A stretch of DNA of 63,311 nt, the filler included, from Octopus bimaculoides (taxonomy: Eukaryota), in assembly GCF_001194135.2 (NCBI RefSeq). It is 4 parts of 4 records of this genome, joined end to end, with 100 filler letters (N's around TTAATTAATTAA, not from the genome) between each part and the next. Parts side by side here need not be neighbours in the genome. Positions count along the whole stretch, not along the records: positions 1 to 30,933 come from NC_068990.1; 3 more parts are not named here. One strand, given 5' to 3'. Of this stretch, positions 14,125 through 25,337 are shown piece after piece. Each line of letters opens with the position of its first letter. Position 1 is the stretch's first letter. A program made the position numbers and the translations under genes. The notes below the pieces were generated by a model. It was not told the origin of the DNA, did not search any database, and saw only the letters and a program-made list of their open reading frames with translations.

Positions 14125-14715
14125 AGTGTTTTTGGTACCGAAAGACTTTCAAACTTCGTATACTTATCTATTTTGTGTTATAGAACAGAAAAAAATTTTT
14201 GTATTCGGATTTATTTCATGTAAAAAATTGTCTTAGTTCGATAATTTCAACCAATCACTGACAAGTATTCAGCTGTTTACAGTTACTCCTAAGCGGTGTA
14301 AAGCGTATTTAATCTCCATTACTTCTGACATTTTGCAGAGGCAACACACGTGTGTTCGTTTTCCCTAACTCTAACCCTAACCCTAACCCTAATTGACTTG
14401 CTCCTTCCCTCAAAAACCATGCCTTGTGCCTATAATAGAAAGGTTTATTAGCTACTGCCAATATGCTTCAGCCATTTTTTTGACAAGGAAATAATAATTT
14501 TATCACCACCGCGAATCGTTTGTTTACGTAGTCAGCACTCAACTTTTACGGCTGAATGGACGTCAGTCATTGGTTGAAATTGCAGAAATACGACAACTTT
14601 AACATGAAATAACTTGCGATGTACGTTTTTTTGTTAAGAAGACTAAGAGAAAAAGATGTTTTATATGACACATTCTACCAGTGTCCCAAGTTTCAAAGTG
14701 TTTCGTTAAGAAAAT
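14125..14715. mobile_element. Non-autonomous DNA element with ~160-bp imperfect inverted ends
   Basis: The left end (cgaaagactttcaaactt...ttatttcatgt...aatttcaaccaatcactgac...attcagctg) matches the reverse complement of the right end. The interior holds five CCCTAA-type units (14363-14392) and a SINE 3' fragment. Confidence 0.7.
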
Positions 14716-15199
14716 ACTGGTGCCCTCGTTTTGAACAAGATCCCTAATGCTAAAATTTGAAATCAATATAAATCTCTAAATTTATACTTGAATATTCAGC
14801 AACTGAAAATTCTCAGTCTTTGCTTCCTCTCCATTTTCATGTATACATTTGTGGATATTTTGTGTATCTATCCAAGCAGTTCTACTTGTTTTTTTTTTGT
14901 TTTTTTTTTAATTATTATCTCCATATCTGATCGCCTGGATTCCTCCTTTAACCACTCTTTACCCCGCGTACTTAGCCCTCGATTAAGATTTCGGAGTGTA
15001 AGTTCAAATCATTTGAGTGCTACTTATGTGTATGTGTGTATACATGTGTATATATGCAGCTGGAATATTTGTACAACGTCTTCAGAAAACTTTTTTCTTT
15101 CTACTGGAGGCATCCAAGCCTCTCAACGTAAGAGCTGTTGTGCAATAAATACTGGTTAGTTTTCTTCGAAATTTGTATTTATTTTACAGTGGCGCTTAA

Positions 15200-16160
15200 A
15201 AGAAGTCAGAACGATATCTTCTACATTCTAAAGTGTGCGTAAGACAAGTCCAGACTACTTAAGAATTATGCAGACAAGAAATCTTGGAAGAATTAACTCG
15301 TGAAATAATACAGCTCTCTATGAAGCTAGAAGAGGAACAAGTTTTGGAAAGATTGCTGAAAAGAAAAGAAAATATATCGTAGCTGTGACATCATCTCTAT
15401 TGAGAGTTGCATATCAAAGTTTATCAAATGCGCTAACACATATTAGTTATTTGAAACCGATGAGAATTTTAGTTAATCTACCTGATATAACCACTGAAAC
15501 AATTGATGAATCGGTGTCAAAGAAACCGAAAAGTGCCAGTGTTTGTGGAAAAGCTGATGAAATTCATCGGCCTTTTCTTACAAATGATGTATTCTATCAG
15601 TACTGGAGACCACCCACAGGAGAACTGGAGAGTATCTATAGCAACAGCGATTCAACAGAAAAATACGGCAGTCTTCTAGTCAATTAAATATGATTATCAC
15701 TCAGGCATTCTCGTTAAAATTTCTGTAATGGGTTATAGCTTATCAGACTACGAACAAACATGGCGGAACAAATTTTCGACTCTCCTGCTTTAAGCCACAT
15801 AAATATACTTTCAGTTAAATAGACTACTGAACAAATAGTATCATTAATAATTAGTGGTACTGACGCTCGCTGCCTCTTAACAGTACTGCTTTTGGAGGAA
15901 ATATTCTAATTCCAAAACATTTTACTGTGTTAACAAAGTAGTAATTCAAGACATCTTAACTGTATAAATTAGTAAAGATGTTAATTCTATAATTCTGTTA
16001 TATTCATGTACACCAATACCAATGCTTATGTTCGTACTCCTTCTAGCAGTCATAATGTATTTGAGACGCTTGCAGGCATACATCAAAGCGAAACCCTTGC
16101 ACCTTAGCTTTTCAAAATTGTGAATTACCTAATGCGTATATCCTTTCAAGAAAAATGTTA
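15200..16160 (+). mobile_element. Highly decayed RTE-X-like LINE RT region
   Basis: MYTNTNAYVRTP...FETLAGIHQSETLAPL resembles LY.NT.A.V.TPDG....F.I.AGVLQGDTLAP. Many stops and frameshifts. Confidence 0.55.
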
Positions 16161-16564
16161 ATATACTGTCAGAGGTAAGCGATCCAAAAATAAGCATTCT
16201 AATATAGTCTTTAGAGATTGTGCAGCAATATGCATGTATATATGCACACAAACACATATTTATGAATATATGTGCCTATTACACAATGATATACATACAT
16301 ATAAATACACACACACATATATTTGTACATATGTCTATATATATGTGTATATGTGTGTATGTATGTATAGGTGCACCAATCCGTACATTCGCCTATATGT
16401 ATGGATTCGTGCGCTTACGCGAACACTATAAACTTTTCTACTCCCTTACCTTTACTCCCTCCCCTTACTTAGCGGTCCATAGCTCTTTTGTCTTAATAAC
16501 GGTCAACCACACAGTAATTTCCCTTTGTTTAACGGTCATTTTTCACATGAATTTTCAATGGCCG

Positions 16565-16625
16565 GATAACTGAAGAGATAGCGGCGTGGGTTCTGACCCC
16601 GGCATCCGAAACTCGGAGTTTTATC
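16565..16625 (+). ncRNA. Type I hammerhead ribozyme with intact catalytic core
   Basis: Stem I GAUAA(16565-69)/UUAUC(16621-25); core CUGAAGA (16570-76); G16577-C16607 closes a long bulged stem II containing the hairpin GGGU-UCUG-ACCC; GAAA (16608-11); near-palindromic stem III ACUC-G-GAGU; GUU cleavage triplet (16618-20). Confidence 0.75.
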
Positions 16626-16657
16626 ATGGCTACCGAATAAGTGTCACATATTTTTAC

Positions 16658-16730
<73 letters not shown>

Positions 16731-17361
16731 TGTGTATATAACCATATGTGTGCGTGTATATACGGATCTAGTTAAACTGATTTACAAAATCTGCATTTTT
16801 TAAAAGGAAGAAAATAAAAATCTGAAAATCGGCAATATTAATGTAGTTTTCCACTCTTATTGCTATGAAGCATGATATTGTGGAGAAAAGATTGGAGGAA
16901 AAGGTTACAGAAGTTTAAAAATCGAAAAAAACTGTACTTTTAGCGAGACAGAAATTTTCTGCGTTTAGTGGTGTCAACTTTAAGGTTGTACCCTGTGGAA
17001 TTTATAGTTCAGTGTCTATGAAATGACCTGTTAATTGTAGGTTTCTAAATAAACAGAAGTACCTAATAAAATCAACATGTATCATCTTACTGTTTCTTTT
17101 GTCTCTTCATTGATTTCTGTAGTGTTTTGTATGATTTTATTATTTTTAAAATTAATTTGTTATATTAATATATTTGTCTGCATGTGTTTACTTTATGCAT
17201 GTTTCAGTATTATGTATACCTGTCATGTATTTGTGTATATCTTTAATACATAAGCGCCTGTGGATGTAATTCTTCATATATAAGTTTATATGCATACATC
17301 CGTGTGTGTGTGTGTGTGTGTGTGTGTTTGTGTGTGTGTCTGTGCGTGTGTCTCTGTGTGC

Positions 17362-17393
<32 letters not shown>

Positions 17394-17867
17394 CTGTGTG
17401 TGTGTCTGTGAAATGGGGGTGTCTGTCTCCAAACCTCCAAAATTGAGTAACGTTTTCATGCTTGAATTTGTAAACTGCGATAAGAATAACACTGGTCAAC
17501 AAAGAATTTGTCCCAAGAAAAAGAATACCTGCATCTTATATGTTATTGCATGCAGAATTCAAAAATAACGTCAAATTATCTGTATCACCCACAAGTTTCT
17601 CTGTTCGACGATATCCCTCTCAGTTCCTGTTACGTGGGCTAAATATCAGCTAAGCTGTTGAAATGTGAAGCTAACGGTTTAAGAAATACAATTTAAATGT
17701 TTATGAACAGAATTAACCTAGTGAAATCATAAATCTAGCTATCTGGGTTAATGAGTCTCTGAAGCTTGACAATACTGAGTCGACGAGTCACTGATGTTTT
17801 GTCAGTACTATGCTTGAAGTGTAGGTGTGCGGTTGTGTACTAAGTTCGCATATTCCATTAACTTTCA

Positions 17868-18100
17868 TAATGCCAAAAAACTGTATAACCATCGCGAACA
17901 ACTATATTTGCAGTGACTTGTCAAATCACAAAGATGGCGTTTCACGCTATTGCTTAAAAAGTTCTATGTGCATTATTTTGATTGCCAAGTGGGTGACCAG
18001 GATAAACGCTGGTCATGTATGTTGTACTATTTTCACGGCACTGGCTATTTTCGTGGCACTGGCACTAAAAAGGCTTCCAAGTAATTCACAAAAAACAGAA
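17868..18100 (+). mobile_element. Chapaev3-like (CMC) transposase N-terminal remnant
   Basis: MPKNCI...NNYICSD, then after a frameshift HYFDCQVGDQDKRW...HVCC, matching the MP..C.N....FCYICG...YFGC.VGDQDK.WAPH.CC N-terminus as I recall it for this family. Confidence 0.65.
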
Positions 18101-18718
18101 AAGTCCCCTTCACTGAAGGGATGCTGGAGAGGGGGAGTAGTAAGGGGGCGGCTTTTTTCCAGGTGTTAATTGACTGAAGCATAACAAAGATACAAAGGCA
18201 CAGGTCTTACATTTTCAAATTTTCTAAATTAAATGAAGTTTTGCCCTTTTAGATCCTGTTAATTATTCAACTGGTACTTATTTGAGGGTTGATAAAATAA
18301 GCTCTAGTTGAATGTGTAACCAGTTCGGTTGATCATACAACTAGAATGATCATCCTAGAAAGATATGAAGATCCATTTCCTTAAGTTTTTTTTTACTTAT
18401 ACACATCAGCAAATGAACCATTGGGGTAATCCCTGTGTGGTTGTTCAATTTACTAGAAATAACAGCAAAATCTCCCTCACACTATACTCTAGCATTTTAA
18501 AATTGAAGGACACATTAAATAATATTGTCCTACATCTTCAATAAAAATACAGAATGGCTCATTCTGACCTGACCTGGGTTTAAACTAAAAGGCATTCGTT
18601 GCAATGAATGTAAACACAGAAAAACTTCACGAAATATATGTAAAATATGTATGAAAAATATATGAAAAATATATAAAATATTAAGACAACTGACGTAAAA
18701 TATCTACAGTAAAATTCT

Positions 18719-19130
18719 ACTCTTTTACTCTTTTAGTTGTTTCAGTCATTTGACTGCGGCCATGCTGGAGCACCGCCTTTAGTCGAGCAAATCGACCCCA
18801 GGACTTATTCTTTGTAAGCCTTGTACTTATTCTATCGGTCTCTTTTGCCGAACCGCTAAGTTACCGGGACATAAACACACCACCGTCGGTTGTCAAGCGA
18901 TGTTGGAGAGACAAACACAGACACCCAAACATATACAGACATATACACACACATATATATATGTATACGATAGGCTTCTTTCAGTTTCCGTCCACCAAAT
19001 CTACTCACAAGGCGTGGGTCGGCCCGAGGCTATAGTAGAAGACACTTGCCCAATGTTCCACGCAGTGGGAAGGAACCCGGAACCATGTGGTTGGTAAGCA
19101 AGCTATTTACCACACAGCCACTCCTGCGCC
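18719..19130 (-). mobile_element. tRNA-derived SINE (family B), full-length copy
   Basis: Minus-strand head ggcgcaggagtggctgtgtggtaa...ggttccgggttc, a central microsatellite, and tail ...gactgaaacaactaaaagagtaaaagag. Other full or partial copies lie near 31262, 34345, 35240, 36395, 39250, 41420, 46250, 50960 and 54780. Confidence 0.85.
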
Positions 19131-19221
19131 TATCCCTTCTAATTGATAATTTTTTATTAAAACAAAACACGTGTGTGAAATAAATCTCGTGGTGTGAAGA
19201 ATCAACACAACACAACGTGCG

Positions 19222-19267
19222 GTTGTCATAGTAACAAGCTGTTAATACCTCGTTGTCTGTTGATTGG
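19222..19267. promoter_or_regulatory. Candidate RFX X-box plus inverted CCAAT box
   Basis: GTTGTCATAGTAAC (19222-19235) fits the X-box consensus and ATTGG lies at 19263-19267. Motif match only; it may belong to a repeat. Confidence 0.25.
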
Positions 19268-19849
19268 CTAAAATTACCTAAATTTTCCCAACTTTAATTC
19301 CAAATAATAACAGATTCTTTAATTTACAAGATAAATAAGTTGGTTGATCGTTATCAAAATTCAGAGTTGCATCGATACACCAAAACAGAAATGAATCTGA
19401 GCAAAATTAGAGGCTGATTTTAAATCAGTTTAACTAGTCGCACTTCGCCGCCACTGATCCTCTATAAATTTCTAAAGCTGAATATCCACAGATCCCATTG
19501 CCCAACTGGTAGAGGGCTGTGAGAGCCTGGCGACATTCTAGATGCTTAATAATAATAATGATAATAATAATAATAATAACAATAATAATATCTTTTTATT
19601 GGCCACAAGGGCCGAACACAAAACAAATAGGGACGATACAATACAAGGGAAAGTTGGGTGTTGAACAATGCCGTATATACAATAAGTAACAAAACAAGTA
19701 ACAAAACAAACGATAAAAATTCCCCAAAAGTGGGGAGTCCCTCACAGGGACAGCCGTGTTATTTCTACTACCAGATGCACCTCAGAAGGCGCCTCTCTCC
19801 TTCCCGAATTACCCGGTTTATAAATGAAAGTTCAGACTAGGCCTATTCA

Positions 19850-22010
19850 CACTGGCCATTCTTGCCACATTCAATCACCTTTCAAAAAATTTACTGAGAG
19901 GCAGAACTACCTTCTCTATCCTGGCTTTCGTTTTCCAGTGGAACTTGAAAACGTTGAAGAGAGCTTAACCGAAGAAGTACGTCTGCCTTCAGTCCTTTCA
20001 ATATCGTCCGTTACACTACCTTTTTTGCCATAGCCACCAGACAGAGGGAAACTGCCTTTCCTCCCCGGCCAAAGGAAGGCAGAGCGATCTTCACAATGGA
20101 CTCGGCTGATAAACGGATCCGTCCTACACGTGACAACAGCTGTTTGACGAAGCTCCACAAGTCAGTAATGCACGAACACTGGACGTGTGTATGCAGGACG
20201 ATTTCGTCGTCCAGCACACACACATCGGGCAAGTCCGCTGATAGCACTTCCGTGTCTGTAGAGCTTGTCTCGAACCGGCAGAGCTCCTCGGTAGTACTGC
20301 CAGGCCAGTGATTTCTGGAAGCTATCCATAGGTCCCAACCCGAAAGTCTTTCGGAAAAGACAAGTTAGTTGATCACTCCCGATGCTCAGAGTTCCTTGCG
20401 GACATCGTTGCACTTTCCCTCCACTAATCGCCTATAAAACTCCATAGTGGATCTTCCACCGACACTCCAAGTCCAGGCGCTCTTTCTTGGTCTACGTCTG
20501 ATCCAGGACTGTAGCTCCATTAACAAGACGAGCTGCGGAAAATCTTGTGTGACAAACAGTGACCATCGGCTCACAGTTAAGAAAGTGCTGGAGATGTTGC
20601 ATCCTCAGCGCGTGTCTGTGCATCAATAACCACTCCTCCACTCAGTCTTCCACTCAGCGGCTGTCTGACGAGCGGAACACGTTCCTTCCAAAGGAAGCAG
20701 AAGTGAAATCACCCCAGCTTTATCAACCACGAAGCAGGGCAAGGAACAACTGTCAGGTGGTAGTAGATGACGGATGCGATTTATACATTCACAACCTCTG
20801 CCCAACCCTTCATGAACAGCTTCCTCTTTGCCCATTTCTAGGAAAGATTGGCTACCCTGTTTCCAGTTCTTGTCCACCTGGAATTCAGGACCAAACCAGA
20901 ACCCGAGCAATTTAACCGATCCTTCCGTCCAGCACCCTACTACGCTGTCGGTTAGCGTAGATCCGCCTCTCCAAGTGCTAAGTTGCAGGCCTACCGACTT
21001 GTACTGATTAATTTTTGCTCCTGTCACCGCTTCATACTCTCTTAATATAGTGCCGATCACCTCGATTCCCGAGCTGTTCGACACTACTACGGTGAAGTCG
21101 TCTGCATATGCGCATACGAACCTTCCACATCCTAGATCACACGGGATGCCCCTCAAAATATCCAACTTCCTTAATAATGGCTCGAGATCCAGCACGTACA
21201 GAAGTGAAGAGAGTAGGTATCCTTGACGGACCGAACGATAAACGATTCCGTTAGATAACCGTTTACTTTGACCACCGAACAGATCTCGCTGCACATTGCA
21301 GCGATCCAACCTCTGAAAACGGGACCCAAATCGGCCACCGCGTGGACAGCGTCCAAATATTGATGGTCGACCCTGTCAAAAACTTTCGATTGATCCAAAT
21401 TAATCAGGACACCAACCATGCCAGGTTCCTTCCCTACCCTTTCTACGATGAAGTACGTGAGGTAGAGGTTGTCGTAAATAGATCTTTTCAGGATAGCACA
21501 ACTCTGCGCACCACCGACCTGCTTATCGACGACAAGCGCCAACCTTTTGGCTAACACCTTGGGTTTGTGAGGTTTTTCACCCCCTCTCCTATCGGCTAGC
21601 CCCACCCTATCCAGGCGTGAATCCAAAATCCAGAACTAAAGAGCGAGAAATCCCAAGGAAACCTCCAAACGTTTGAAGAAATCTGGTTGCCCTGCCCCAG
21701 TTGGGGCGGACACCACCGACTAGTCTGAAAGCCCCACTTTGCTGCTGTTCACATCCAGGGCCACCAACTTACCTTCAAGATTCGAGTTTTTCTTAAACAG
21801 TACTGCCACCCCTTCCCCAATTCCAGACCGACTAAGAGATGCGTAGATCTCAAAATCGTCGAAAACGGGGGCTAGATAGCGTATGTCGGAAATCTTGGTT
21901 TCGCTGACGGCTGTCACATCCATAGATAGTGATCTGAGGCCGTTTAGCAGGCGATCCTGCTTCCAGGGAGACTCCAAACCACGAACATTTTATACTACCT
22001 ACTCTTAAAC
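19850..22010 (-). pseudogene. Tx1 ORF2 (APE endonuclease + RT + CCHC), disrupted
   Basis: ORF track pieces 21720-21977, 21171-21626, 20623-21309, 20162-20413 and 20011-20247 are successive parts of one ORF. The endonuclease (LDRVG) joins RT (KVLAKRLA) near 21550, implying a large internal deletion. Confidence 0.85.
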
Positions 22011-22019
22011 ACCCCAGGA

Positions 22020-23802
22020 TGACCGAAAAGAACTTAGAGAAGACACAAAGGGGCGCCTATTTACCCCTTGGGTATTGCTGGCGGTTAGGTAGCTCCACAT
22101 CCATGAGTCTTGAGTGTTTCTCTGGAACACTCTTTAAAAACCTACTCGTAGCCTTTACATTAGGGGTTCCCACGTCTTGCGGGAAGCTCTCTCTCTATAG
22201 GCATTCGCACCAACACCAGTGTTTCTGGCATTTGAAAGGTGCTGGTACCAAAGATCACATTCTCTCTCTCTCCACGTCCTTTCTTCGTGCTAAGAGGTCC
22301 ATCAATTGTTTACTTGCCCTCCTCACTAGCATGAAGTTTGGTGCTTGTGTGGCGGGTTGTTGTTGTTGGGAGTGTTGGTGGAGGAGTTTGTGATTGGGGT
22401 GATGGAGATGTTGGTGATGTTGTAGGTGTGTCTGTGGCTGTTGTGGGTGTGTTTTTTATGGGTTTTTTTTTGTTTTGGTGTGTGTGTGTGTTAATGTGAG
22501 ACATGATCTTTATTGTGATCCCTTTTCAGTTTTAGAGGTTCTTCACTTTCGCTGCGTGTTGCCGATGAATCTATCTCTGTGGAACCAGGGTGTGAGTTGA
22601 TGAGGTTTGAAGTAGACGGGGATAGGGAGGGAGTAGGAGAGCTTCGTGGGGGAGGCCCCTACGTGCTGCGTGTGTCCTTATATATTGTCTCTTTTGCTGT
22701 TAAAGGGAGTGAATCGGGTGCATCTGTTGCTGGTGTTGTTGGTGTTGCAGGTGTTACTGAAGTTGTTGGTGTTGTGCTGTGGTTAATGTTGCTGCTATGG
22801 CTGGAGTGGTGATTTTCCTTCACTTTTTGATTTTGTTGTTCTTGTTGATGATGATGGTGTTGTTGCAGGTGTTGGAGCTGCTTTGGTTGTTGTTGTTGTT
22901 GTTGTTTTTGATGTTGTTGTTGGGGCTTTTGGAGACCTGGTGTTGGCAGTAAGGGACTTCCCTGGTTCCCTGTCTTAGGTTAGGGGCAGAAAGCTCTCAA
23001 ATGTCCTGTCGCTCTACACAAGTGGAGCCGTGGCCTTCTACCCTCAACTGTGACATGTAAGTCTACCGCTCCTGAAAGGCGAATGAGGTGTGGGATCTGG
23101 TGAATAACCCTTGGTTGAATGTCGAGGAGCACCTCCACACTGATCCCAGACAAATTTTCACATTGTGCCTACTTTACTTCCAGGAGGCTGTTGATTCCTT
23201 GCAAAGCGATTGCCGCTACAATCTACCACAAGTTTACCTCTGGTGGTATCCTAGCGATCTTTATGCGCATCATCCTCCTTCTTAAATAGGCTAGATAGAG
23301 CGCATATTTTTCACTCCGACAGGGAACTACGGAGTGTTTGGCGATCAGAGCTTCAGATTTAAAGAGCATTGAATTGCCTGCAAGCTGGTTTTGCCCTTCA
23401 TATATGCAGAATGTCGGGCATTATTTCTCTGTGTCATTTCCACGTCCACCTGTCTCGCCATCTCTGGCTGCTTCGTGTTTACGGAGACGCATCTGTACAG
23501 CACAGTTTTCTGCCAACACCTCAAGTGGGATGGCAACACTGGCTTGCGCCTTTTCCAGTCTTATTAATTTAGCTACCTCAGCTAGACACATGTCTTTCTG
23601 AAGAGGTTCCATAAAAGAAAATCCCTTGCTTCTCGTTGCTGTCGCATCGAATGTATTCTGGTTGATATTATCATTTATTACGATGTTATTTGTTGTAGTG
23701 GTGGCGGAGCTGGCTGTGGAACTACGGCGTCTTGTATCTCTCTATCTGAAACACCTCTCTCACCTCCTCTTCTATGTTCTTCAACAAGGCTGGTTTCGCC
23801 AT
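22020..23802 (-). pseudogene. Tx1 ORF1 (gag-like, zinc knuckle, Thr/Pro/Gln-rich C-terminus), disrupted
   Basis: Starts MAKPALLKNIEEEVREVFQIE; has a knuckle near 22990-23040 and low-complexity (CAA/ACA)n coding stretches; multiple stops. Confidence 0.7.
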
Positions 23803-24043
23803 GTTTGTTTTCTTTGTAGATTAATTTTTGAAACAATTATTTTGAGATATCAGAACCTAAAGTTGGCACAAACGACACAAAGCAACCCATCTATGCAAAG
23901 GTGGTGCTTTGGGTAAACGTTTAGTAACAAAATAAGCAATTAACAACTTTTGGAAACAAAATTTTTAAGCAAAAATTTACCAGCAGACAAACATGTGCAT
24001 TCCGTCAGAACGAATAATAATAATAATAATAATTATTATTATT

Positions 24044-24112
<69 letters not shown>

Positions 24113-25067
24113 TTCCTGTGGGCTAATAGGAACATTGTCAGGCCACTTAGAATGAATAACTGAATTTGTGAGTGTATGTATGCATATGTGTGTGTGTGTG
24201 TGTGTGTGTTTATTTTTACAACTGTCTAAAACACTTTGCTGCGCTTGTTCGCCCCTTTATGTTTCATAACTTAGGTCGGAATAATTGACTAAATCTAAAT
24301 ACGGTTTCCCACAGTTTAATGACGACAGAGACCAGTGAATGGTCGATAAAAGAACAAAAATAAACAAGTCGGTTTACATTTATTTTTGTAGGATTTTATT
24401 ATCTGGTCTGGGATGTCATAAAAAAAATAATCAATATAAAACCATGTAATAAAACAAACAGGTGAACAGAACAGTGGAAAAAAATGTCTGCTTTGGTGGT
24501 TTTTGTTTTCCCTGATGTTGAGGACAAGGTGATAATGTGTTAAAATTGCGCTGCGAGAACCAAAAGTGATGGGTTAAACTAACGTTACGGTGGCGTTACA
24601 CCAGTAAAATTTCTTCAAGAAACACCCTTCGCACTGACAAAGACCTGATACCGTTTCTTGTATTAAAATAATTCCTTAGATTACACAGGAGGATGATCGG
24701 TGTTTTAGTTGTAGCTTTCGTGTTTGTATATTTCTTCATTAGTACTTTTTTTCAATTATAATTAGTTTTGCTATTCGTGTTAAAACCTCGTTTTCATGTA
24801 CGGTGTTTCGCTTTCTGTCTAACCCAACAAATTTTATAACTTCCTTATTTTTTGTTTACTTTTTTGTTTGTTTATTTTTATTTTACTTCATTCTTCAATA
24901 AAAAAAAATGTCATCGTTACGTACAAGCCTAGATGTCTTATCTTGCATGTACTTTCACACATTCTGTCAAATGTTCTCCTTTCTTTCTTGTTTGTTAAAA
25001 AAATATTTTAAGAGAGTTTTCTTTACTTTTTTTTAATAATTATTTCATTCGTTTAACAATCATCTTT

Positions 25068-25337
25068 TTATTGCGCGTTCTCATCATACGCACATACCTT
25101 GCACCGACTGATTCGCTGAATATGTTCACCTGACTTCAGTGTTTGACTCTGTGGGTTAAGAGGACCATTTGGACTGCTTGTCTTGTCAATACCTGCTAAC
25201 CAATAAGAGTGTTTGTCGTGGAAGTAGTAGCACTCGCCTCGGTTATTACATTCAATGTAAGGGTTGAAATAGAATGATTCCAGACAACTACCAGGGCTGC
25301 CTAATGGTTGACCACCGCCTACGGCACCAATTGTGTG
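25068..25337 (-). CDS. COL4A2-like: Collagen IV NC1 domain, terminal coding exon (270 bp including TAA); missed by the ORF track because it has no Met
   Basis: Acceptor ttttttcgttttag|CAC. Translation HTIGAVGGGQPLGSPGSCLESFYFNPYIECNNRGECYYFHDKHSYWLAGIDKTSSPNGPLNPQSQTLKSGEHIQRISRCKVCAYDENAQ*, in phase 0 with the upstream exon. Confidence 0.95.
   Translation of the reverse strand, partial: HTIGAVGGGQPLGSPGSCLESFYFNPYIECNNRGECYYFHDKHSYWLAGIDKTSSPNGPLNPQSQTLKSGEHIQRISRCKVCAYDENAQ

Larger units (their letters stand above)
19591..24012 (-). mobile_element. Tx1/L1-clade non-LTR retrotransposon, near full length, internally deleted and inactive
   Basis: ORF1 from ATG at 23802, with a degenerate zinc knuckle (GRRPRLHLCRATGHLRAFCP). 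ORF2 has an APE start (NVRGL...DVTAVSETK), RT motifs (LDQSKVFDRVDH, SVRQG..LS.LLY..DLEPLL, AYADD) and a C-terminal CPMC...H...C. An AATAAA at the 3' end runs into (ATT)n; the 5' end also abuts (ATT)n. Confidence 0.9.
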
